Assembly: GCA_035084275.1 (NCBI GenBank)
Contig: CM068764.1
Location: forward strand, 4,898,001 to 4,962,000
Direction: 5' to 3'
Source: Hydrolagus colliei
Taxonomy: Eukaryota
Length of the DNA: 64,000 nt
The translations under genes were made by a program, and so were the position numbers. Every line of letters starts with the position of its first letter. Within the stretch, counting starts at the first letter, position 1. Below, one piece after another: positions 48,167-62,261 of the stretch. The notes under the pieces are model-generated. The model had not been told where the DNA came from. It did no database searches and worked only from the letters and a program-made list of their open reading frames with translations.

Positions 48167-48652
48167 TTAATGTAACTCGAGTCCTCCTCTGCTATAGTTT
48201 GCTTTGTTTTTGCGTGTGACTTCTTCGGCTTTTCTCTGCCTCCAGTCGCAGATGTCAGCAAATTCACATGAGCGACACTTCCACGCCTCTTCAATATCCA
48301 CCCCCTCGGCTGCTCTCTGCCCACTCCAGAAGGAAAAATAATTTGCCAGTTCTCTTTGCACCCACTCTTCCTGGAAGCACACCGCCTCCGCTCCGATGAT
48401 AGAGCTGTCCGCCTGGTAACAGTATTCTATCATCAGAGCGTCGATCTTGGGAATCTCCGAGTAGGTTAGATTCAGCAACACCAAATCTAGCAGGTCTCCA
48501 AACGCGTGCACAGTGAAGCCCGCCTTCTCAGCATGCTCAACAACCTCCGAGCCAAAGGCTTCCTCGGACCGCAAACGGAGATGGCGAAGGAGAGTGGCCT
48601 TGTCCACCTCACCTCGGATCATTGCCTCGAACAGACGTTTGTACACTCTGAC
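48167..48652 (-). CDS. EXO5: EXO5 last coding exon
   Basis: gttatcag|GTC AGA GTG TAC ... CxxCx5C ... TAA. Confidence 0.95.
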   Translation of the reverse strand, partial: VRVYKRLFEAMIRGEVDKATLLRHLRLRSEEAFGSEVVEHAEKAGFTVHAFGDLLDLVLLNLTYSEIPKIDALMIEYCYQADSSIIGAEAVCFQEEWVQRELANYFSFWSGQRAAEGVDIEEAWKCRSCEFADICDWRQRKAEEVTRKNKANYSRGGLELH

Positions 48653-51600
48653 CTGATAACGATGAGCATTCAGTGTCACTTGACAATAAACATTCAGTTA
48701 AAGTGATAGGATTCTTCCAACCAAATTCTGCAACATCTGCTTTCTACTCAAGGGAGAGGGTGGTCGGAAGGGGTGGGGGTGGGGGTGGGGGGGGGGGCTG
48801 CAGTGATCCTAAGGGGTCTATGGTTGGCCAGCAATTGTGCTGCAAGTGTTTCAAAGCAAAGCAAAACATATACAATGCCCCATCACTAGCCTATAAACTA
48901 CATTGCTGACTCCTTGTCAGGTACCAGGGCTGCCTGTCAATCATTTGTTAGGCCTGACATTCCCATACAACACTCAGTCAACTCAACTGCGGTAATAATT
49001 CCTTCTGAAAAAAATTATGATATTAATTTGGTCAATCACGACTGTTGTGGGACACAGCCGTGCTCTATTGGCTGCCGCATTTTGCCCACAAAATATACAG
49101 TCACCACACTTTATAGTGTATTCTGTGAAGCACCTTGAGACGCCTCAACCAGATTAAAAAAGTGCTATCTCAAATGCAAGGATTATTATTATTACTATAT
49201 TATTATAACACAACATAAAGCAAATACTACTGAGGAAATTATTTCATTTGCCAAATAGAATGGGAAATCACTATTGTTCCTATTTTCCAAAACAAACCAT
49301 AATGTTAAAAAAAAGTGAAGTCTGTAGAAGGAATTCAACAAAATATGGTGCTGTATCAGCTCAGATCTACGGTAACTTCTTGGAATTCTAAGTTATTTAT
49401 GTTTTTGTCTCATACACTGAGACATTAAAATGTTAAAATATTATAGTTGTAAGCAGATTAACTTCATCATGCTGAAAGTATTAAAGTCTCTTACTTTACA
49501 GAAATGGCTGTGAAGCTGTGACTGTTTTTATTAATAACGTTTGGAACTGTGCCCCTGGAGTTTCCAGTCTTATGCATTCTCCTTTGCCACCCTCTCACCT
49601 GTAAGTGATGGCTTTTCCTCTGGGCTGCGCCTGGCAACGATCGGTGGCTACGTGTTTTGAATTCACACAGCTCAAGTTTGCCCTTGGAATTATAACGCAG
49701 CTCATCAATTATCCCAACTAGGAAGAAGCCATCCAGCTCTCCAAATACGGGCATCTCACGCACAATCCCTCCTAAACACACAACAGCAACTTACATGTAT
49801 ACAGCACCCTTCATGCAGGGTAGCGTCCCAGAACACTTCACACAAACACATTATGACATTAAAGTACAACAGACTGCTCGACGACATTTATAATATTAAA
49901 GTTGTAACAAATGAGCCATTTTACAATTTTATTCCATACGAATTATTATAATAATAATTAGTATGCAGAGGCCAAATGTAAATGAGATATAGAATCGCGA
50001 TGCCATCACTGTTCCTTGGCTGAGGTGTGCGAATGTAGAAGATACTCCTTTACAAGCAGTGTTAGGATATTGTGCAAGGCGGAGGTGGACATAGGCACAT
50101 TCGAGGAGGATTTGAGATGAAATTTAAGACTGAAGAGGGGGGGAGACAGAGGGATAGAATTCCAGAGATCAAGGGTTTAGGAAATGAAGTTGGTCACTTA
50201 AGGCACTGCTGAAACAGCAAATGACAAGCAACAAGCCCGAGTTAGCTGAGCAGAGGGTCTGAGTGGAGCAGTAAGGTAGGACAAGATTGCAGCTAGATAG
50301 AGTGCTGACAAAATGTAGAATATTGCATTTATTATATGTAGAGGTTTGAAGAAAATCGAATTCCTTGTCTGCAGGTGCCATTACATACCCGTCTGCAAGA
50401 TTTGAATCATTGAGAGAAGATTAAGAAGTTTAATGGCCCAACTATCTTCCCGGCTTGTAACATTTACTGCCACAATGTCATGGACCTCCAGTTCTGGAAT
50501 GCATCAAATCAGACATAAATTAGACATTCTCATTAGACATAAGCACTTCACTAGAAAGCTTTGATAGTGGCATAACACTAACCAAAGTGCATGCAAACCA
50601 AACTAGATCAATTTAGGACATCTATCGCTTTAGGCAGATTGTTAGAAACCTGAAAAAGATCTTCTTTGAGAGCAGGCAGTTCAGCTCTTAGCATTATTCA
50701 ACAACGCGGCTTTATTGAATCGTGAAACAAAATACTGTACATGGGGATGGGGGAAGGGAAATCACTCTATAAAAACTGAAGTTCCACCCCGAACTCTTTT
50801 ACCTCCCCTTCGTGTTTCACCCCTTCCCAAACACTCCCCTCCCAGCTCGGGTCACACGCCTCTTGTTCAGCGCCTTAGGACGTCCTCCCGACGTGAAAGG
50901 CGCTCTATAAATGTAAATTGTTGTTGTTGTTGTTGAAGCCAATGGTGTGCAACAAGGAATTGAATTGCGTACTAAGCAACCTACTGGAAGATTCTTCGTC
51001 AATCAATGGAAAATGTTCTATCTTTTCTGAGGAGGCGTTAATACTGTACAGTACCCACACAACAGGCAGACACCATAAAGAACAAGTCGTAGCTCGATGC
51101 AGTATTAATTTTTTTAAACAACAAATCTCATTACAAATTGTTGCATGTCAAACCTCACTGACAAGTTAATCGCTGTACAGTATTACCTCTTGCCAGGTGT
51201 AGGTCGGTGCCCGCTTTCACAATTGGCAGCTCAGCTCGTAGCCTCTCAATCTGAGGCATTTCCATCCCATAAACCACTTGCTGCTCACACCACGCCTGTC
51301 TACTCAAGTGAGTCACACTCAAGTAAGTTAGGCCAAACTTCTCCATCGGTGTCCGTTTGTCCTGCTTTTGCTTTTTAGCGACTGTGCAGTCAGAGTTTGG
51401 AGCCCGGGCCTCTCCAGGCTCAGGTGACTGACTGATGGGTTGAGGCACATCCTTCCTATGATGAAGGGTTTCCCAATGTTAACTCTTCACGCACTGAAGC
51501 ATGCAAAGAATTCCAAAAATATTCTGTAGTATTGTCTTCTAGGTTTTGTCATCTGAAAACTACTAATTTCACATACTTTCTTCTGCTTTCATATCTCCGA

Positions 51601-53688
51601 CCAGCATTCTTACTCCAAACTATTATGAAACAACTCACAACCAGCAGTGTGAATTTACACGTTAGAAGAGGACGGGGTGTACAGGCTCACCACCTTCAAC
51701 ACTGCCCAGCCCATATCAGTTAACTCCTCTCTCAATCAAACAATCTGTCAGTGCTGTGCTATATAAATGACATGACAAATTGTCACTCGGGTAAGATATT
51801 CAGACTGCTCAGGAGCACTGCATATTCCAACATATTGTTGATTTCTCAACAAAACCCAAAGATTACCATTCTCCGGAATGGTAAGACAAAGTTTTAAAAA
51901 CTTCCTTTTAAAAAATTAAAAGGAAGTTCAAACAAGAAGTTTTTCCCACAACCCATTATTTCCTATTGATTTGTGTGAGGGCTTCAGAAAAAAACTGAAT
52001 TTACAATTGGCATTCAACCTCAAGCATGAGCAAATGTGAAGATCAGCAATTGTGCATTCTACATAAATCATTTTATATAAGGTTTCAACGACTACAGTAT
52101 TCCAAATGAGTTAAAAACACAGTAACACATTATTGACACACTGCTTATTTGAATGCAAATATTTTTTCCTTCATATTTGAATAAACAAAATTGATTCCAA
52201 TAAAGGCAGTGAAACCAGTTTCCCACTTCCCATCTAGCATTAAACAAATTTAACTCGATCCATATTTAATTATTTAATGTCAAAAGTCTGCCAGTCCCTC
52301 CATGCATTGTTCAGATGAGATGCATCAACAGCTGCTTAGCTACCTGCTTGTCAGTGCAGCTCTCTCTTGGTTGCCACAGCAAGGCTCAGACTTGCCTGGT
52401 TTGCAATCATTGTCTTCATCACTCGGTTCAGGTTTTTCTGAGGAAATACAGACTTCATTCTACATTTTTTTTAAAGAAAAGAATGCCTGCTGAATTCTAA
52501 CATCAATTTCTAAATCTAAACTATATTTCAATAACTAGAAAAGAAAAAGTAACATTAAAACATTTAAAGAAAAAGTTAGTAATCTTATGGCACTTGGATT
52601 TTAAACATTTTTAGGAATACCCTCTAATAATGATCTAATAATACCCTATATAAATGCATTATTGGGCGCTATATAAATGCAACTGCTTGTTGTTGTCGGA
52701 TTGAACCACAGTCTGCATTGGTTTGGCTTACCTCAGGTGAGGCAGCGTAACTGGACATTGTAATTGGGTTCATTGGTTTGGCTACCCAAACCAATGAACA
52801 TAGTCCCAAGGCGCTACCCAAGGTTGCGCCTTGGGACGTCCTCCCGAATATGAACGGCGCTAGACAAATGTAATTGTGTTGTTGTTGTTGTTGTTGTGGC
52901 TGCTACAGGAAATAAACTGGATCTCCCAATTCCTATCCGTGACATCCCCCCACCCCACCACCCCCACGCAGGTTAGGTGTGTGTTGGTATATTTGTAGAA
53001 CATGACTTCCAGCATCTAAACATAAGCAGAATTTTATAGGCAGGTCAACTTCTTGTGTTTGTGAGGAGAGAGTTCTAAAATTAGCTCTGTCTCTATTAAT
53101 GGTTATTTTCATATCCCCAGAAAGGATTTCTCCAAATTCCAACAGTTTGTTTTGCAAACAAGCCGGAATGGTATTCCTTTCAGAATGGGGGTGGGGTGAA
53201 GAGGGAGCAGGGATGTGGGGTTGTGGGGGGGGGGGGGGGGTGCGGGGTGGAGAAGAGGAAGGAGGAGGGGGAGAAGGGGAAGGAAAGGAGGAGGGATGTT
53301 TTCACTGAACTGTGCACGATTATAATAACATCAGCAATCGGCGCATTTGATGTAGCGCCTCATCACCTCACTGAGACGACTCAAAGCTCTTCACAGTTGT
53401 ACAGACAGATAGACAAACACAGACAGACAGACAGACTGTTCAAACACAAGATGTGTTTAAATGCTGGAAACAAAGAAACAGAAATCTCTAGGAACACTCA
53501 GCAGGTCAGGCAGCATCTATGGAGAGAGGAAAAAGTGAGTCGACGTTTCGGGTCCAGGACCCTTCGTCGGAACAGAAGTCTCCTGACAAGTTGCTCAAGT
53601 TACCGGTGTGTGTGCCGCACAGCTGCTCTAAATCCAGCTCCAGAAGCTCAGAGTCGCTGATCTCGAACTCAACCTGCTGTTGGGTCAT
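48167..53688 (-). CDS. EXO5: Exonuclease V (DEM1 homolog), ~378 aa, intron-containing
   Basis: Exons on the minus strand: 53604-53688 ([21 protein letters not shown]), 52732-52750 (microexon), 51187-51455 ([30 protein letters not shown]), 50389-50493 ([18 protein letters not shown]), 49599-49771 ([23 protein letters not shown]), 48167-48652 (..[18 protein letters not shown]). 1137 nt in total. The four Fe-S cysteines and the PD-(D/E)XK-type residues are present. Confidence 0.93.
49599..49771 (-). CDS. EXO5: EXO5 exon (catalytic D/E/K region)
   Basis: gtgtttag| ... CAG|gtgaga. Confidence 0.94.
50389..50493 (-). CDS. EXO5: EXO5 exon [35 protein letters not shown]
   Basis: cattccag| ... ACG G|gtatgt. 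Confidence 0.93.
51187..51455 (-). CDS. EXO5: EXO5 exon (first Fe-S Cys, AWCEQQ)
   Basis: catcatag| ... AGA G|gtaata. Confidence 0.9.
52732..52750 (-). CDS. EXO5: EXO5 candidate 19-nt microexon (VTLPHLR)
   Basis: tgtccag|TTACGCTGCCTCACCTGAG|gtaagc. The only segment I found that reconciles the phase-1 end of exon 1 with the phase-2 start at 51455. Acceptor is weak. Confidence 0.55.
53440..53590 (-). mobile_element. Penelope-like element terminal relic with minimal hammerhead motif
   Basis: Minus strand: GTT-CCGACGA-A-GGGTC-CTG-GACCC-GAAAC-GTC-GAC followed by gatgctgcctgacctgctgag. Confidence 0.7.
53604..53688 (-). CDS. EXO5: EXO5 first coding exon
   Basis: gccATG with in-frame TAG upstream; acidic motif like human SDLSDSEFLEFLDLE; donor G|gtaact. 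Confidence 0.8.
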
Positions 53689-53859
53689 GGCCAGAGCCTA
53701 GGGCCCGAGGCCTCGGGGCTCGCCTCCCTCCCTCCCCGCCTACAGCTCCATCAGCTCCAGCTCCTCAGTCCGACTCTAATAAGTGCCCCCACATCGCCGC
53801 ATCCAAAGCCGAGGTGCCGCACATTGGTTCCGGGCTGAAAAGTCCCCCCACCTCCTTTT

Positions 53860-54295
53860 TGCTTCTCTCTTTCACCATGTAACTGTGATTACTCCCCACC
53901 CCACCCACCTCACCTTCCTCCTGCTTTTATTTCCTTCACTCTTTTTCTCTTCGGCGATGTAACTGTAGCCTCCGATACCCCCTCCTCCCCTTTTCTCTCT
54001 CTCTGACATACATTCTCTCTTCCACGGTGTAACTGGGCCTTCAATAACCTCCTCTCTTTCTTTCTCTCCTTCACGATGTAACTGTAACTATACCCTCCAT
54101 TGCCCCCTCCCCCCCCCCTTTTTTGTTTATTTCTCTCTTACACAATGTAACTGCACCTCCCATCACCCTCTCCCTCCCCTCCCTTTCTCTCTCTCCCACA
54201 ATGTAACTGGAAATAACTATACCGTCCATCGACCCCACCCCCCCCACCCCAAGCCCCTTTCTCTCTCACAATGTAACTGTATTAACTGTACCCTC
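53860..54295 (+). repeat. Degenerate tandem array: seven (A/G)TGTAACTG cores separated by pyrimidine-rich spacers
   Basis: Cores at 53877, 53957, 54027, 54076, 54145, 54201, 54271 (spacing 49-80 bp). Confidence 0.85.
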
Positions 54296-54454
54296 CATCG
54301 ACCCCTTCCATCCTCCGGTGGAATCCAAACTTTCCTATTTCGAGTGGAAAGGAGATATTTTATGTGCTCTCTCCCTCCGGGATTTATATTGTTTAATATA
54401 AATTATTAAATGTAACTATATACATATATATATATTTGTGAAGAGAATTTTGAA

Positions 54455-54800
54455 AACGGCGCCGCGGCCTGATCACAGCCGCGATCACCGGCGGATATAT
54501 ATCCGTATATAGTTCGGGAGAAAAGCGAGAGATGTTTATTTATTAGTGAGACATAGAAACAGGAGCAGGGGTAGCACTTTACTTGTTATTTATTAATATT
54601 AGCAATAATAATTATTATTGTTTAACTACGTATGGTTAAATGCGCGCTAACGATTTTTTTAAAAAAGGGCGTGACGCGGACTACTTTATCCCGGCGGAGG
54701 CGGACGGATTGTGAGTGGGGGAGGTTCGGCGGCGTCTCCATGGTAACGAGTGGCGCGGGAAGGAGATAGTAGCGGCGGCGGTTGGGCTTGCTGCTCCTGT
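54455..54800. promoter_or_regulatory. CpG-rich bidirectional promoter region between EXO5 (-) and LIAT1 (+), with RFX X-box
   Basis: Local CpG enrichment in an otherwise CpG-poor window; head-to-head gene arrangement; GTCTCCATGGTAAC at 54734-54747; TGACG half-site near 54672. Confidence 0.65.
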
Positions 54801-55659
54801 GAGGAAATAATACAGTACACACAGACTTACAAACCGTGAGGGGGAGAGAAACATAATAAAGAGAAGAGAGAGAGAGAGACAGAACGAGGAGAAAAAAACA
54901 GGAAAGAGACAACGGGAGAGAAGGAGGAAAGAAAGCTAAAAGGAGGAAAGAAATAGAAAGAAAGAAGGGAAGAGCAAAACAAAAAAGGAAGGAAAGAGAG
55001 AGAGAAAAATAAAGAAAGAAAAGTGATGGTTAAGTCAAAGGTGGCCGTGAGAGGGGTTTAAGGGAAGAGAGAGGGAGGGAAGGAAGGAAGGTCTGGTCCA
55101 TGTGGAGAGGACATGGACTTCTGCATGTCATTGTGTCGCCTGAAGCTGAGGAGATACAGACTCCCAGAATAGAGCAGTGAGTCGTCAGGTCAGGTCAGGT
55201 GAGGGAGGCAATATATCCCCAAAGACGTCTTAAGTGAAGACAGGCAAAGAGTGAATCCAACCCCCTTTTTTGAAAGTTTCACTCAGAAGGAAAACCGTAG
55301 GAAATCACCACCGAAAATTAACCTTTTTTTGGGGTGGGGTGGTGGGGGGGGAGAGGAAAACGCTTTTGCATTTTTTTTTGTTTTTTAAAAAAAAGTATTT
55401 GGCTACTGCAGGCAGGCAGAGGCACTGTCAACTTTCACAGTGTAAAAGGAGAAATATCTTTCCTTGACAGGGGTGGTGGGCGAGGAGTGGGGTAAAGGGT
55501 TGAGATAATAGATATTTGGGTGGGGAGGGGGGTGGATATGGGTCGAAATTTGCTGATTTAGGATTGTGGAGGAGGAAAAACATCGGGAAAATGTGGTCCA
55601 CGGTCCCCAAAAACTGAGGCTAAAAAAACGCGCAGAAATTGAGCGGAATTGGTGGGATT

Positions 55660-58748
<3,089 letters not shown>

Positions 58749-61700
58749 ACTGCCCAGGGACAAGTAACAGAGCACATCAGGTATTCCATGTATCAGCTCC
58801 ATACATTGAAGGGAATGTTCAACAATGGCCTTTTTATATTTGTCAAATGCTGTAACAGAAAATATTACATTGAACTAAGCAAAATACAAGGAGCTCCTCT
58901 GGTGTCAAAATTCTCTCATCTTTTCTAACTTGAAAGCATTGAGCTCAACACGTTTCAGTCAACCTAGACTTATACCAGCTGGTTTTATCATTTTAGTCTA
59001 GCCTAATTGTAAACCTACTAATGGAATGAAAAGGAATCTGATTATTTCATTTCATGAAAGAAGTAATGGATATCCTTGAATGTAAAATTTACACTGTTGT
59101 TTACATGATCTTGCCGGGGAAAACTGGTGTTCAGATATGCAAGTTCTCGAATCTTTAAAACCAGGAATAATTATAATTGTTGATCCTCTAGTTTGATGTT
59201 CCTGAGCTCTATCCCCACCACCCCCAGAAATGAAATAAGTGATTATTTAATCAATTCATTCCAAACCTTATGTTTCCTATTTACCCTGTTTAAGCAATAG
59301 TTTGAATCGTTTGAGAGTAATAGAAACCTTTTAATCAGCTGTCATTGTTTGAGCAGCATTCTGTGTTAAATCCTATACAGATTCTTTAACAGAATGATAT
59401 GGTTTACAGGGAGCATAGGTTCAAAACCTGCTAACAACTACAATGGGCAAAATGTTAATCCAACATCGCTGCTAGGATTCAATAATAGCCCTTATTTTCT
59501 AGAATATCATGAGTGGACAACTTGACCAACAGAACAGTTTTTTTTTCGCTCTGTCCTTTTCTTTATTCAATACATCTATTCACTCAATATCTTAATCTGT
59601 CTTCCTATCACAAATTATGCATCTGTGTGCCTGGCAGCCTATTCTACAGGCATCCGATTTTCTGAGCTCAGCTTTGCTCTTTCTGTGTCCGAGTGAGAAA
59701 AACCAAAGAACATAGGTCGGATGCAACATATCTCAACTTCCAAAGGGCAAGTGAAGGGGCTCCATAGATGATTCAGTCTTGCAATGGGACAGATCGAGGT
59801 TCACAGACTTGTAGAACTGTAAGTCAAGTTAGTGTCAGTTCTGTTTTGTGGGAGAACTATAAATAAGACACAGCCGCAATTGGTCCAACCTTTGGTAATC
59901 AAATCCATCATAGTTGTGAGAACAACTTTTTGACAATTGTGTGGAAGCCACATGAAATAAATTGATACTTTAACCCAGTTCCTAGCCAAATAAAATGAAT
60001 GTCAGAACAAATCTTGGGTTCTAACAGATCATCATTTCAGGTTATGTGAAGACTTCCATTTGCAAAATGATGTCAGGCGTGAATTACATCATCAATTGTC
60101 TTCATCCAAACAGCCCAGATTGAGTTGCCATGACTCGTGTCTCAAGATCTCATCTGTTACTGTTATTTAACAACTACCTCTTCACAACCTATTTTAAAAT
60201 AATTAGGTTGCCCTCCCTGTCATTCCTTGGTGAAGGGTGGTGCAATTGGAGGAAAAGTTGCTATGATAAACAATAATATGCTCTATATTTTCATTCCAAG
60301 TTTCACTTTGTGCCAAAGGAACAAACTTATTACAGAATAAATTTATGAAAAATGTGATAAGATTAAGTAGCAACAAAATTACATTTTTAGAGTGCCTTTC
60401 ACGTCGGGAGGACGTCCCAGTAAGGTTAATTCTTGATTATGAAGGCTTCAATCTATGATTAGGTATTGACTAGAAAAGATGTATCCATTGCTAGTTATTG
60501 TAACAACATGTTCGTATTACAATGGTGCATTGAAACCTAGACTGAAAAGAACAGGCATTCTAGAGCAGAGTGACAAACTGCATACACTTTTATGAGTCTT
60601 TTTCAACTCCATTCAATCCCCTTCACTGGAATTTGACATTTGTTTACTTGACCAAAACTTTTGAAAACATTTTTTTTCAGATATTCTCATTCCTGTGTGC
60701 TGTGAGCTATAAATTAGTACATTTTAAATGTGTGCACAGTATCTTTTTGGAAGCTTTCTCACCCAAAGCCTCAATGCCAGTGAGAGAAAGCTTGCTCTGC
60801 AATATAGTGTGCAAGTTGTAGAGGTATAGCTCAAATGCAAAGCCATAGGTAGACAGAGTGTGCATTTTGTATTCTTTGTTTTAAAAAGTCTCGAGTTCTG
60901 TAGAAATCTGTTACAGGTCCCTAAGAATAGGCATCCTTTTCACCAGAGTACATAGAGGACTCTTTGCCAACTGCAAAAGGAAACGGGTAACAAAACTGAA
61001 AAGTGCAGATAGGCTGGAGAGAGAGCTAGTGTAATGCAAGTTTATGTTGGCCACTTGAAGTCTTACCCTCACAATGCTCGTTAAAATCATGCAGTTTGCC
61101 TCTTTCTTACTTGTAATGGAATTTCATTTTTAAAATGTTCTGGGCACAATGCTTGTTTACAAATGAAAATTGTGGATTTTATTTGTTGTACTCCATCAAT
61201 TATTATTCAGGAACAGAGCTGTTATGTGTTCACCATTGTACCCAGAATTAAACACTTTGATTAAAGCTTTTTTTTAAAAACATGTTTATAGTTTCTGCAG
61301 ATTAATGTGTTTTGAGCTACATTACATTGCAAGAGATGGCAAAACGCAAAAATTCAACAGCTGTAGCTTCTTTAAAAAGTTTATTATAATTTACAGCATT
61401 TTCACATCACAAAGCTCTGTAGAATGTTAAAACTCCCAAGTTATGATTTTAAAAACACAGAATTCAACAAGAATTGTTCAACAAGAATTCACCCACCTCA
61501 GCTTAAAACAAAACTGAGGTCCAAGAAATGGAAATCAGACTATTGCGCAACTTTAACGGGATGAACAGAATTTAAACCAATAACTCAGGACACAGTTTTA
61601 CTTCCAATTCTGAACACTACACATAACCTAAGACAAAGTGAACCGTAATATTTTAACTTGAACCTGTTGATCTTCAGAACAAAATTAAAAACTGGACATG

Positions 61701-62261
61701 TATTAAAAATGTCCCCCTCCTCCCCTCCAAATATCCGAACCATTCAAACATTTTGCTTAAAGTCCTGGAATGTTGCTTCTTATCAACGGGCTGTGATGAT
61801 TCAACTATGTCAAATTATAATATGATAGAATGAAGCCTAAGTTTATTCTGCCTTCATAGGCAAAGCTGATCAATCGTTACTTTTACTCTTCAGCTTTAAT
61901 TTGTGTGGTGGGCGTGGGAAATCAGGAATGAATTGGAGAAAACTCTGTGAGATTGACCATTCAATACACCAGCTTCACCTGTGCTATGATCAGGGGGAAC
62001 AACCACAAGTGATCTGTAAACCACCTGGTTTTGCTCTCCTCAGCAGTAGAGCTGCAACCTGAAAGCGAGGAGGGAAATGGGAATATAAATATCTCCTTTC
62101 ACTTCCCTCTTTCTTTACAGGAAGAGCAATTGACAACTTCCGATGCTTCATTCCTCACAAAACTCAAGCAAAGAGAGGAAAGAATGTGTGTTATGGAAAG
62201 CTCAAGAGTGGGAGAAAGATAGTTTTATGAAAACTTGGATCTTGAGGAGACATGTATGACT

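Noticed and set aside
53860-54295. Repeat-spacer pattern superficially like a CRISPR array
   Set aside because: Vertebrate DNA, 9-bp degenerate cores, low-complexity related spacers of unequal length, and no cas genes.
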